Shown here in pieces: positions 1-9,979 of a stretch of 64,000 nt of DNA (positions are counted from its first letter, which is position 1; each line of letters opens with the position of its first letter). A program made the position numbers and the translations under genes. This DNA comes from Bdellovibrionota bacterium (GTDB lineage Bacteria; Bdellovibrionota_C; UBA2361; JAAYZI01), in the NCBI GenBank assembly GCA_050950765.1, contig JBMNIF010000003.1, positions 256,001 through 320,000 on the forward strand, written 5' to 3'. Under the pieces are notes generated by a model, which saw only the letters and a program-made list of their open reading frames with translations, was not told where the DNA came from and ran no database searches.

Positions 1-275
1 CTTAGGGCTAACTTATCGGATTTAAATGATAATCTACTATTATCTTGGACTGCCACAGCCTCTCGAAAACGGTGGGAGAAGTTCGCATTTGCTCCACAGT
101 TAAATTATGTGTTTAATCAAGCTCTGAGCGAAGCGATGGATAAGTTACTTATTCCCCTGCGCAGTATTGGAAAATCTCCTTTGCGCAGGTAGTATATTAG
201 GTAGTTGTTTTATCTATTTAAAAAGTTTTGAAACTATCAGGTTGTTTCCCTACAATTAGGGTTTGGACAGAGATT

Positions 276-2702
276 ATGAATACATTTATTTGTTCTGTTA
301 AAAACTTACTCTGCAGGCTTTTATCACGTTATTTTCTCCTACTCGAAGTTCCAGAGTCTTTTCAAAAAGTTGCAAGTAATTGCAATAAAACCATCGTTAT
401 TACACAAAGCGATTCGTTAATTATCAAAGCTCTCTTACTTTCTTTTGCTAAAAGACGTGAAATTTACACCATTACCCGTCTAAAAGATTTTTTTGCAGAG
501 GAAGAGAAAACCAATTCTGAATCTTATACATTGTATTGGGAATCTCTGCATAATGAAGAAGAGATCGATAAAATTCAGAAAGAGATGCCTGATGCTTTTA
601 TCAGTACCTTCAATATCTTTGAAGGACGCGGTCCGATCTATGACAATCCGAGCTATAAGATAAAAAAAAGAACTCTCTTTTCTGTTTTAATAACTCCTCT
701 ACTCGGCTTACAGAGGCGACACTTCTTTTTATTCTCTTTTGGAGAGCCCTTCCCCGTATCATCAGAAAAAGTTTCGCCGAAAACAAAACTCTCACGCCGA
801 ATCAAGGTTGATATCTTTCAAAACACAAAACTCGTACGTGGTGTTTCGTTTCAGACTCGCGAAGTTCAAGAACGTTATATTCTAGCGGGTCAAGAAGCTC
901 AACGTATGGTTCATCTCTTAACTAAAAAGCTCAACAAATCAGAAGAAGAGATAAAAGAGGAGATGCGTAAAGAGTTTCACCTTATGGCGGCAGATCCTCG
1001 TAGCTGGTGCCTCGCCTTAGGAGGAGTTGCTACAAAACATATCATCAAACGTTTCCCTGAGGTTTCCATTGTCGGACTGGATAATTTCAAACAAGCTATA
1101 AAGGGCAATCCTGTTGTCTTAATTCCTATGCACAGAAGTCATTTTGACTATATCCTTATAAGCGGCATGCTTTACGATCTTAATTTAAGAACCCCACTCG
1201 TCGCTTCCGGTATGAATCTCAGGTTTTGGCCAATAGGTCCCATTTTAGCTAAGACAGGAGCTTTCTATATTAGAAGAGAGAGTAGACAAAATCACATCCA
1301 CAATTTTTTGTTACAACGCTACATCACTTATCTGATTAAACGTGGACATCTACAGGAATTTTTCATCGAAGGTGGACGCAGCCGCAGCGGTAGGATGTTA
1401 TCACCGAAGCTAGGCTTACTGGGGATTATGATCAACGCCTTTTTAAAAGGCGTTCGTAAAGAAATCCTCTTTTTACCAGTATCAATCAGTTATGAATATG
1501 TTGCTGAAGTCTCTGATTACGCTCGCCAAAATACAGGGTTACCTAAAAAAAGTGAGAACTTCTTGGGATTCCTCAAAGCTGCTAAACAATTTATTTATTG
1601 CAAGCGCCACGGTGAGGTAATTATTAATTTTGGAGAACCTCTTTCACTGGCGCAGTTTCATGAAAACGCCCTAGAAGAAGCGGGCGGAGAAACTGTAAAA
1701 AAGAAACTCGTCGGCGGTATAGGTACAATCGTTCTGGATAGAGTAGCAGAACAGATTAGCCCATGCTTAAGTGACTTGACCTATACAGCATTAATGATGG
1801 CACCAGGCTATGGCATGCGTCGTACAAAACTTGTAAAAACGGTTCAAAATCTCGCGCATCTCTGTACCTTGATGAAGTCATGCAATCCACATTTAGGTGA
1901 CTTTAGCCCTGCTTTAAAGCGGTTTTTAAACGACCCTGAACATAGCTTTAGCAACTTGACTCATGATGGTAGTATTTCAATTGACAAAACAACAGGTACT
2001 GATGAGATCTACTATATAAAAGGAGACAAACGCTATACGGGGGATTTCTATAAAAACAGTTCGCTCCACCTTCTTTACACCATCAGTTTAATGTCTCTTC
2101 TCGCTTTAGAGAAAACATCCATTACACCAGAAAATGTAAGCGCTCTTTATAACCTACTAGGGCAACGCAATATTATTTTACGTAAGAAAGATATCACGGA
2201 AGAGGCAGAAACAATTATTGCATGTTTACAAAAAGACGGTATCTTAAACACTTCAACCGATAAAACAGAGATCATAACTTTTATAAATCGTGAAAGTGGG
2301 ATCTTTATTCCAGCTCTATTACTTAATTACTATGAAAGTCTATCATGGGTATATTCAAATTATATTGAAAAAGAAAAAGAGCATCGAGCAACTACCATCT
2401 CAGATCAGGATCATCACCAAGAAGAGCCCTCTTGTACCCTTAATTACAATGAGTTCTTAAAAGAGATACAAACTAAACTCATTCGTTCAAAGTATATCGC
2501 ACCCTATTATCGGACTGAATCAGGATCTAAATCCACGCTAGCATTAGCCATAGAATCAAGTAAACAAAACGGTTTTATTTCTATGGACAGCTTCAGCCAA
2601 AGCACTATCACAATTCTAAAAGCTCCCACAGCAGAACTAGCTAAGTTGCACGATATTATCCATACAATTCGTGTATACCTGCAAAGTGAGATTTATGAAT
2701 AA
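276..2702 (+). CDS. plsB: Glycerol-3-phosphate O-acyltransferase (PlsB/GPAT family)
   Basis: Acyltransferase motifs HRSHFD (HxxxxD), GAFYIRR, FFIEGGRSRSG and PVSISYE; ATG at 276 preferred over TTG at 228. Confidence 0.85.
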   Translation: MNTFICSVKNLLCRLLSRYFLLLEVPESFQKVASNCNKTIVITQSDSLIIKALLLSFAKRREIYTITRLKDFFAEEEKTNSESYTLYWESLHNEEEIDKIQKEMPDAFISTFNIFEGRGPIYDNPSYKIKKRTLFSVLITPLLGLQRRHFFLFSFGEPFPVSSEKVSPKTKLSRRIKVDIFQNTKLVRGVSFQTREVQERYILAGQEAQRMVHLLTKKLNKSEEEIKEEMRKEFHLMAADPRSWCLALGGVATKHIIKRFPEVSIVGLDNFKQAIKGNPVVLIPMHRSHFDYILISGMLYDLNLRTPLVASGMNLRFWPIGPILAKTGAFYIRRESRQNHIHNFLLQRYITYLIKRGHLQEFFIEGGRSRSGRMLSPKLGLLGIMINAFLKGVRKEILFLPVSISYEYVAEVSDYARQNTGLPKKSENFLGFLKAAKQFIYCKRHGEVIINFGEPLSLAQFHENALEEAGGETVKKKLVGGIGTIVLDRVAEQISPCLSDLTYTALMMAPGYGMRRTKLVKTVQNLAHLCTLMKSCNPHLGDFSPALKRFLNDPEHSFSNLTHDGSISIDKTTGTDEIYYIKGDKRYTGDFYKNSSLHLLYTISLMSLLALEKTSITPENVSALYNLLGQRNIILRKKDITEEAETIIACLQKDGILNTSTDKTEIITFINRESGIFIPALLLNYYESLSWVYSNYIEKEKEHRATTISDQDHHQEEPSCTLNYNEFLKEIQTKLIRSKYIAPYYRTESGSKSTLALAIESSKQNGFISMDSFSQSTITILKAPTAELAKLHDIIHTIRVYLQSEIYE

Positions 2703-2728
2703 CGTTTACCTTAAATAAGAAAGGAGCT

Positions 2729-3199
2729 TTAGAAACTCCTCTTTTTACTCACACAAGTGACATTTAAAGCTCTTACTGGGTTCATTCCAAATCGGCTTCC
2801 CCTTTGACATTGTTGTGAATGTTCCTTGTACTTAATTAAACGCTCCCGTACTAACGGAGGAATGATATGCTCCATATCACAAGCTGCAAACTCAGCATCA
2901 GCTTTTTTAATCTGTAAAATATTTTCCAGAAAGAGACATAAAAGATCGTAAAGCTTTAAGATCTCGCGTGCTTTTTTCTGACCGAGTTCTGTTAATGTAA
3001 TACTGGAATACTTCTCATATTTAACCAACCCTTTCTCCGTCAGTTGTTGCAAAGCCCCCGTTACTGAAGGTTTAGTGACTTTTAAGACCTCTGCAATATC
3101 TTTAGCTAAAACGGTATTCTTTTCGTTTTCAAGAAGTATTATCGCCTTTAGATACATCTCTTGGCTAGGCGTTATTTTTAACTCTTCTTTAATACTCAT
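2729..3199 (-). CDS. DtxR/MntR-family metal-dependent transcriptional repressor
   Basis: EMYLKAI...AKDIAEVLKVTKPSVTGALQQL winged HTH and ACDMEH metal site; last gene of the feo operon; ATG at 3199. Confidence 0.9.
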   Translation of the reverse strand: MSIKEELKITPSQEMYLKAIILLENEKNTVLAKDIAEVLKVTKPSVTGALQQLTEKGLVKYEKYSSITLTELGQKKAREILKLYDLLCLFLENILQIKKADAEFAACDMEHIIPPLVRERLIKYKEHSQQCQRGSRFGMNPVRALNVTCVSKKRSF

Positions 3200-3353
3200 C
3201 TTCAGACTCTTCTGTGTTTTTCTCACACTTGGCGAAATTACGTTGCGAACAAGCGCTACAATTAGAACAAGAGTGTCGATCCTGCTTTAAGGTATGCTTA
3301 GCAAGTAAGAAGAGTGCAAACGATACAATAATGCCAATGATAAAAAGCTCCAT
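3189..3353 (-). CDS. FeoB-associated Cys-rich small membrane protein (54 aa; absent from ORF track)
   Basis: Manual translation MELFIIGIIVSFALFLLAKHTLKQDRHSCSNCSACSQRNFAKCEKNTEESEDEY*; AGGAG RBS; one TM helix plus CxxCxxC; lies between feoB and the regulator. Confidence 0.85.
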   Translation of the reverse strand: MELFIIGIIVSFALFLLAKHTLKQDRHSCSNCSACSQRNFAKCEKNTEESEDEY

Positions 3354-3431
3354 AGCTATACTCCTTAATTATTGTTAGATACCGTCATGATACCCTTTCT
3401 TACTTTGCGATAATTCCTTTTTAGGCTTAAG

Positions 3432-5675
3432 TTACAATAAACTTCCCACCTGATATACCACTACTGCTGCACTCCACGCCAAAACCGTCATAAAAACAAA
3501 TGACCCTAAAGCTGCCTTTAAATTAACCTCCTGTATTAAAGTTACTATCGTAGCAACACACTGCAACGATAACGCCATAAATATCAGGAGCGAAGCAGCT
3601 ACTAACGGGGTATATAAAGGTGTCCCATCACTATTTTTAGCTCCTCGTAGTGCAGCTGTTAATCCACTATCTTTTTCAGAAACACCGTCCCCCAAATTGT
3701 ATAAAATACCCAGCGTAGTAACGACCAACTCTCTTGCTGGGAAGCTTGAAATAACTGCTACCGTTAAACGCCAATCAAAACCAGCCGGTGCAAAAAGAGG
3801 CTGCATAAACTTTCCGATCCTTCCGAGATAGCTATTTTCCAACTGAGCAGCTGCAACCCTTTTCTTAAATATCGGATCGTCCTCTATCGAGGAAAGATCT
3901 GGATCAGATAAAAGTGTTAATGTTTCATCAGGAGAAACTTTCTTTGTCGATATAGTAGCAGCACTTTTTATATCTTCTTCAGGAGTAGCATTCTTTTTAA
4001 GCTCTTGTGCATATTCAATTTTCACCTGTTCACGAATAGCACTAGAGTGTGGGAAATAACTAAGAGCCCAGATTATAATCGAAACAGCCAAGATGACACT
4101 GCCAGCTCGCACCAAAAAACTCCCTCCTTTATCGTATAATAAAAGCAAAACATCCCTTTTACGTGGAATACGGTATGGTGGCATCTCCAAAATAAATGGA
4201 ACCTCTTCGATATTATGAAATTCACGTTGCAAAAGGAGCGCCGCAGGAATCCCCACAATTAATCCGATAATGTGTAAAGAAAATAAAGTGACAGCAGCCC
4301 AAAAAGATCCGTAATACGGTTCAATAAAAGCACCGATAAAAAGTACATACACAGGTAGTCGTGCAGAACAACTCACAAAAGGAGCAGCTAAGGCAGTAAT
4401 AACTCTAGCTCTAGGATTAGCAATCGTGCGTGTTGCCATAATACCCGGTACAGCACAAGCAAAACTTGATAAAAGTGATACAAAGCTGGTTCCTGCCAAT
4501 CCACACCAACTAAAAAGTTTATCCATTAAAAAAGCAGCTCTCGCCATATAGCCGCTATCTTCTAAGATAGCGATAAAGAAAAACAAGATTAAGATCTGCG
4601 GTAGAAAAACTAAGATACTACCGACACCTGCGAAGATGCCGTCCACTACCAAACTACGCAAAACTTCTCTTCCTGTAAGTTGTGCACCAACCCACTCTCC
4701 AAGTGCTGCAATTGCTTCCCCTAAGTAATCTGCAATCGGTGCAGCAAAGGTATACATACTTTGGAAGAGAAGAAATAAACAAAGTATAAAAATTAAAAGC
4801 CCCCAGATACGATGTGTTAAAACGTCATCAATTTTTTCCGTAACTGTTTTCGACTCAAACGGTGCCGTTTTTTTTAAAATAACACCCCGCAATTTGTCGT
4901 AAATCCAAGCGTAACGTTGTGCGGCTTCACTCTGTAAATAAAAAGCATCTCCGCAAGCACCTGCTAAAGCAAACGATTGGGCATCTAGCAAATCAGCTAA
5001 ATTAATTCCGTACGCACCTGCCAAAAGCCCTTTCCTATCAAAAAACAACCTTAAAACTTCACCAAATGAATATCTTTCAAGTCCTAGTTTAACTTTAAAC
5101 TTTTCAAGCACATCTAAAAAAGAATCCGACCAACTCATCTTTACCAGTTTTGTTTTCTTTTCCGCAGCCACGAAAACAGCGTCCATCAAACGCTCAATTC
5201 CGATTCCTCGAATGGCTGTCATCTCTACGACTGGTACATTCCATCTTTTTTCTAATTCCTGACAATCTATCGAAATACCACTGGCATTAGCCTCATCCAT
5301 CATATTAAGTGCCAAGACTAACGGAATATTTAAATCAGCTATTTGAGAGGCTAAATACAAACTCCTTGAAATATTCTTAGCATCAGCTATACAAATAACG
5401 ACATCAGGCACTTCTACATCTGTTAAACGCCCCATTAAAAAATCCATCACGACAGCTTCATCAACAGAAGAAGCCGCTAAGCTATAAGTACCAGGTAGAT
5501 CAACAAGCTTAACCTTTCGTCCTCGCCACTCAAAGTATCCCTCTTTTTTATCAACAGTAACTCCTGGATAATTGCCAACGTGTTGTCTATGTCCAGTCAA
5601 ACGATTGAAGGTTGTCGTCTTACCACTATTAGGATTTCCAACCAGAGCAACATTTAATATTTTTTTGAAATCCAC
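3432..5675 (-). CDS. feoB: Ferrous iron transport protein B
   Basis: GNPNSGKT G1, VGNYPGVTV G2, DLPG G3, NMMD G4, then gate/membrane domains (LEDSGYMARAAF, CSARLP). Confidence 0.97.
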   Translation of the reverse strand: MDFKKILNVALVGNPNSGKTTTFNRLTGHRQHVGNYPGVTVDKKEGYFEWRGRKVKLVDLPGTYSLAASSVDEAVVMDFLMGRLTDVEVPDVVICIADAKNISRSLYLASQIADLNIPLVLALNMMDEANASGISIDCQELEKRWNVPVVEMTAIRGIGIERLMDAVFVAAEKKTKLVKMSWSDSFLDVLEKFKVKLGLERYSFGEVLRLFFDRKGLLAGAYGINLADLLDAQSFALAGACGDAFYLQSEAAQRYAWIYDKLRGVILKKTAPFESKTVTEKIDDVLTHRIWGLLIFILCLFLLFQSMYTFAAPIADYLGEAIAALGEWVGAQLTGREVLRSLVVDGIFAGVGSILVFLPQILILFFFIAILEDSGYMARAAFLMDKLFSWCGLAGTSFVSLLSSFACAVPGIMATRTIANPRARVITALAAPFVSCSARLPVYVLFIGAFIEPYYGSFWAAVTLFSLHIIGLIVGIPAALLLQREFHNIEEVPFILEMPPYRIPRKRDVLLLLYDKGGSFLVRAGSVILAVSIIIWALSYFPHSSAIREQVKIEYAQELKKNATPEEDIKSAATISTKKVSPDETLTLLSDPDLSSIEDDPIFKKRVAAAQLENSYLGRIGKFMQPLFAPAGFDWRLTVAVISSFPARELVVTTLGILYNLGDGVSEKDSGLTAALRGAKNSDGTPLYTPLVAASLLIFMALSLQCVATIVTLIQEVNLKAALGSFVFMTVLAWSAAVVVYQVGSLL

Positions 5676-5683
5676 TACATATC

Positions 5684-5926
5684 CTATTCAACAGAGCGTA
5701 CGAATACCCTTGCAGCATCTTTACGACGTATCGCCACAGACGATGTACTTAGTTTCAACATTATCGGATCCCCCCACGGGGCAGTTCTTAAAACAGTCAC
5801 ACGCTCCCCCGGTAAAAGAGACATCTCCATCAAACGTCTAGAGACTGCAGAATCTCCATCTAACTTAACGATCTCTGCGCTCTCGCCACACGCCAATTCA
5901 CTTAATAATTTTTCAGCACCAGCCAT
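5684..5926 (-). CDS. feoA: Ferrous iron transport protein A
   Basis: RRLMEMSLLPGE...APWGDPI...AIRR FeoA signature; directly upstream of feoB. Confidence 0.95.
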   Translation of the reverse strand: MAGAEKLLSELACGESAEIVKLDGDSAVSRRLMEMSLLPGERVTVLRTAPWGDPIMLKLSTSSVAIRRKDAARVFVRSVE

Positions 5927-5953
5927 ATCATGAGCCTAAATTGCACCCGCCTT

Positions 5954-5979
5954 ATAAAGTTAGGCAAACCTAACTTTAT
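5954..5979. promoter_or_regulatory. DtxR/SirR/MntR-type operator overlapping the feoA promoter -10
   Basis: Perfect 11-bp inverted repeat ATAAAGTTAGG-CAAA-CCTAACTTTAT with core TTAGG-N4-CCTAA; minus-strand TTGACA at 5996-5991. Confidence 0.85.
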
Positions 5980-6180
5980 TTTTAATAACGTGTCAATTCT
6001 ACTCTTCACATTATATTACACCATACCAACAATACAGATATCCTCTTTATGATAAGATTAGAATTGATAAAAACAGAGCACTGTTTTACTAAATTGGAGT
6101 TGTGCCAAACATTAAATTTTCGGTCTCTATTTTTGAGCTTGAAAGGTGCTTAAGTAGGGAGGTTTTCTTTAATTATGCGC

Positions 6181-6228
6181 AAAAAAATCCGGTTCACCGA
6201 AGGTCGCGACTCCTCCGATGAACCGGAA
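6181..6228 (-). terminator. Rho-independent terminator downstream of flagellin
   Basis: Minus strand TCCGGTTCATCGGAGG-loop-CCTTCGGTGAACCGGA followed by T7. Confidence 0.75.
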
Positions 6229-6401
6229 CAGAAAATAGCGAGATACTAAATTTAGCACCTGAGCCAATTTTTTTTATAGGCAATCGACTCAATAAGTTGA
6301 GTGATCTGTATTATCAGATCATTCTTAAACACTCCCCCACGCCACACTTTAAGTTGTGGCGTGGTAAGGAAAAGTACTTCCTAGCAAGGAGTTTACTTAC
6401 C

Positions 6402-7262
6402 TTAACTAAGGAGAGCGAGAGCCATTTGCGGCTGTTGATTGGCCTGTGCCAACACTGCAGTACCAGCCTGCTGCAAGATGTTCAACCTAGTAAGCTCTGC
6501 AGCTTCAGAGGCGACATCAGTATCTCTAATCTGGCTTTCAGCAGAAGCAAAATTCTCTTTAGCAACCGACAAGTTGTTAATTGCTACATTAAGACGTGAC
6601 TCTACGGCACCTAAATTACCACGTGTAGAAGCTAGGGACTGAATCGCGCTATTAACAGCATCAAGTGCTAAACGTGATGCTGATTGTCCAGCTTCGATAG
6701 TTGCTCCGTTCAAAGAATACGTCAAAGCTGAGGAACCTGTAGCTGCTAAACCAAGGTTAGCGAGAGTACCACTAACACCGGTGAAGGATATTTGAGATGT
6801 TGATGCAGAATCAAACCCCACCTGTAATGTCATGGTGTTACCGCCTTTAAGTAACTTCACACCATTAAACTGAGTGGTTTCTGCAATACGCTCAATTTCC
6901 GATCCGAGAGCAACGAACTCAGCTGCAACTGCCGAACGTTGGATTGTTGTGTACACACCATTAGCAGATTGCTCTGATAATTCAGCCAAACGTGTTAATA
7001 CATTACTTATTTCGCTTAATGCACCATCAGCAATTGCAATTGTAGAAATACCGTCATTAGCATTTCTAATAGCAACAGTTGCTACACTTTGTTGGGCTTT
7101 TAATGAGTCCGCAATCGCCAATCCTGCAGCATCATCGCACGCTTTATTGATACGTCTTCCTGAACTTAATTTTTGGAAAACACCCGAAAGTCTATTTGTA
7201 CTCGCAGATAAACTACGTTGAGCACGAAAAGATGTTACATTACTACCAATAGTAATAGCCAT
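6402..7262 (-). CDS. fliC: Flagellin (short form, minimal variable region)
   Basis: LSSGRRINKACDDAAGLAI N-terminus and RGNLGAVESRL...SQIRDTDVASE...AQANQQPQMALALL C-terminus. Confidence 0.97.
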   Translation of the reverse strand: MAITIGSNVTSFRAQRSLSASTNRLSGVFQKLSSGRRINKACDDAAGLAIADSLKAQQSVATVAIRNANDGISTIAIADGALSEISNVLTRLAELSEQSANGVYTTIQRSAVAAEFVALGSEIERIAETTQFNGVKLLKGGNTMTLQVGFDSASTSQISFTGVSGTLANLGLAATGSSALTYSLNGATIEAGQSASRLALDAVNSAIQSLASTRGNLGAVESRLNVAINNLSVAKENFASAESQIRDTDVASEAAELTRLNILQQAGTAVLAQANQQPQMALALLS

Positions 7263-7437
7263 TTTATATTCCTCCTTGAATATATAGTTTTAGACCGCAG
7301 AACAATCCTTTGATCTGTGTTTTTAGCTCGCATCTCACAGCATGTGATAACGCGAACCAGTCTGTATAAAAATTTTGAGTGTAACTTTAGAAAAGTGAGA
7401 ACCTTTCCTCGCTACGCCTAACTAACCTTATTTTTGT

Positions 7438-7465
7438 ATTACGGATGAATAGGCTCGAACCTTTA
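7438..7465 (-). promoter_or_regulatory. Putative sigma-28 (FliA/SigD) promoter of flagellin
   Basis: Minus strand TAAA-N16-TCCGTAAT about 175 nt upstream of the ATG; consensus TAAA-N15/16-GCCGATAA. Confidence 0.5.
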
Positions 7466-7645
7466 GCAAAAAGTTAATCTCTTCAAAAAAAATCGCCGCC
7501 GTTTTGCAAAGATCGCTAACATCTTGATTTATTAAAATAAAAATTCCCCTTCTTTTAAGTGCCTTTCCCACTTGTCCATAACGCCCTTTAAATTTAATAT
7601 GACACGAATAGCGATATATTTTTTATATTCAAGGGATATTGAAGT

Positions 7646-8050
7646 ATGAAGATTAACCAACGTATTATTGTATTATCAGTGCTAACAATCTTTGTTACAG
7701 CTTGTGGTAGCGAGTCCCTTTCAGGGCGAGAAGCAGGTGCTCTAACAGGTACCGCACTTGGTGCTGGACTTGGTGCAATCATAGGACATGAAACAGGACA
7801 TACTGGCGCTGGTGTTGCGATTGGCGCAGGATCTGGTTTATTGGCAGGCGGACTAATCGGAAACGAAAGTGATAAAACAAGGCGTCGTGCTGATGAACAG
7901 GACGAACGCATGCGTCGTCAAGATGAAGAGCTCCGTAGACAAAATCGTGAGATTCAAGAGCTCAGACGTCGCGAAGGAGTTACAGATGATAGGTATTATG
8001 ATAATACATATCGAAATGATCCATACCGAAATGATTCTTACAGGTATTAA
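7646..8050 (+). CDS. Glycine-zipper lipoprotein
   Basis: Lipobox VTAC; GALTGTALGAGLGAIIG...GAGVAIGAGSGLLAGGLIG; coiled coil and Tyr/Arg-rich tail. Confidence 0.85.
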   Translation: MKINQRIIVLSVLTIFVTACGSESLSGREAGALTGTALGAGLGAIIGHETGHTGAGVAIGAGSGLLAGGLIGNESDKTRRRADEQDERMRRQDEELRRQNREIQELRRREGVTDDRYYDNTYRNDPYRNDSYRY

Positions 8051-8173
8051 GGCTTAAACAACGTTCACGTTGCATATTATGCGAAAAGGGCTATGTGTAT
8101 GTGAACGTAGTTTAGTATCGTCTGTATTCAGTTTATTATTTTTTATTGTATAAATTATTTTTGAGGGCTTTGT

Positions 8174-8500
8174 ATGTCTAGTAAGTTAAAACACATTACT
8201 GATGCCAATTTTGAAGAAGAGGTTCTTAAATCAGACCTTCCGATTGTTGTTGATTTTTGGGCACCGTGGTGTGCACCATGCAAGAGCTTGGCTCCTGTTT
8301 TAGAAGAATTAGCAGAAGAGTTTGCTGGCAAGGTCTATATTGGTAAAGTCAATATTGATGAAAACAGTGTTACTCCAACTAAATACAACGTTAGAAGCAT
8401 CCCCAATTTAGTTTTTTTCAAATCAGGACAAGTTGTAGATCAGTCTATCGGCAACGTACCGAAAGAGCAGCTAAGCACAGCTATAAAAAAGCTTTTATAA
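8174..8500 (+). CDS. trxA: Thioredoxin
   Basis: VDFWAPWCAPCK active site; SIP cis-Pro motif. Confidence 0.97.
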   Translation: MSSKLKHITDANFEEEVLKSDLPIVVDFWAPWCAPCKSLAPVLEELAEEFAGKVYIGKVNIDENSVTPTKYNVRSIPNLVFFKSGQVVDQSIGNVPKEQLSTAIKKLL

Positions 8501-8532
8501 AAATAAAATAAAAGCGAGATCTCAGTGCGTTA

Positions 8533-8570
8533 ACCTTGTCCCTGATAAGGGCAAGGTCTGCCTTTATTTA
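8533..8570 (+). terminator. Probable terminator after trxA
   Basis: ACCTTGTCCCT-GATA-AGGGCAAGGT hairpin followed by T-rich sequence. Confidence 0.55.
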
Positions 8571-8676
8571 CTTATTATCATATAAGGTTTACATTTGCAG
8601 AAATTCGGTGGACTTCACCATATGATGTCGTACGTACTTTTACACCTACAAAAACAGTTCAAAACGTTATCACACC

Positions 8677-9966
8677 TTGCAAGTCAATACCGTTATAAAC
8701 CAACAAGAAGAGATGCAAAACGAATATAATCTTTTATCAGAGCAGGAGAAACATAACCTTTCCAGAATTCTTGCCGATGCTATTATCTATTATATCGAAT
8801 CAGATATTGCTGTTTACATAGATAACTTCGGGTTACTACTTCCGCAACGCAAGACAGAAGATGTCGTTAGGTACTACAACGAACACGCTCTTATCAGGTC
8901 AGAAACAACTTATAATATTATCTTTGAAAAATGCACAGACCTGACAAGCTATCACCGAAAGCGTTTCGGTAAGATAGTAGATATAAGAGAGCTTTCAAAA
9001 AGAGTGCATCCACGCCTCCCCCTCGCTTTATCAATCAAGTGGGACGAAAGCACTTTGCGTTTAGTTCTCTCTGAATTATTAAAACAGATCAAAGAAGAAA
9101 CAGTTTATTTCGGTTCATCAAACCGTTTACAAACGATAGGAACATTTTATGGGCTTCACAATAGACAGGGCGACAATTTAAAAGACTGGATCGCAGGTTC
9201 AGACTTTTTTCTTGAACCGACCTACAAACAACTTTTAAAAGCAGGTCCAGCAAAGATGTTTCAACCTCCAACATTTGAAGATGCTTGGGAGCCTCTGATC
9301 TGTGCTTATGGCGATCCACTTGCAACATTTTCAATAAGGGTTCGTGAAGAGCTCAATAAACTTGGCTATTCCCTCCCAACAGAGCAGGAACCTACCATTC
9401 AAGTTGCTGCCTTTGAAAGGACTCTTACGGATGGCGACACTGCCACACTTTATTGCACCAACGGATTAAGAAACTCCATTTTTAAAGGGAACATCCCTAG
9501 CGGAGTTGAATTTGTCTTTCAGATAAGGGGAAAACAGGACTTAGATATCGCAACACAACCTTCAAGAGCTTTCGCTTTAGGATGGATTCTTTTAAACGGC
9601 TCTCGCACTGGCATGATCGTTCCAGGTGTCGGACTTAATTGTCAAAGCGCCTTATCTGAACAATTCGGTTGTAAACTAACTGCTATCTTCACTACCGATT
9701 TCGCCCAGATAAGACACCCTGCGAATTCACCTCAAGGTACATTTACTTATATAAACTTAGTTGGAATAACTGATACTGAAGCTGCATTACTAGAAAAAAG
9801 CAACGCCTCCCACCTCTTAGCGATCTTAAAATACAAAAACTCTGATCAGATAACACGGCTAGACAGATCCTGTCTCATTGGAAGAAGTAAGTTCTCACCT
9901 TCATCAGAAGCGTACAACCGTTTTTTTCATCCGTCTCAACACTCTGAGATTGTCTTGAATTCATAA
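8677..9966 (+). CDS. Suppressor-of-fused (SUFU) domain protein with possible tandem HU-like N-terminal domains
   Basis: C-terminal LYCTNGL...GVEFVF...GTFTYINLVGITDTE...ITRLDR matches the bacterial SUFU pattern; N-terminal VYIDNFGLL and RLQTIGTF resemble HU-type strands; alternative ATG at 8713. Confidence 0.65.
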   Translation: MQVNTVINQQEEMQNEYNLLSEQEKHNLSRILADAIIYYIESDIAVYIDNFGLLLPQRKTEDVVRYYNEHALIRSETTYNIIFEKCTDLTSYHRKRFGKIVDIRELSKRVHPRLPLALSIKWDESTLRLVLSELLKQIKEETVYFGSSNRLQTIGTFYGLHNRQGDNLKDWIAGSDFFLEPTYKQLLKAGPAKMFQPPTFEDAWEPLICAYGDPLATFSIRVREELNKLGYSLPTEQEPTIQVAAFERTLTDGDTATLYCTNGLRNSIFKGNIPSGVEFVFQIRGKQDLDIATQPSRAFALGWILLNGSRTGMIVPGVGLNCQSALSEQFGCKLTAIFTTDFAQIRHPANSPQGTFTYINLVGITDTEAALLEKSNASHLLAILKYKNSDQITRLDRSCLIGRSKFSPSSEAYNRFFHPSQHSEIVLNS

Positions 9967-9979
9967 GCGAGAAGCAGCT

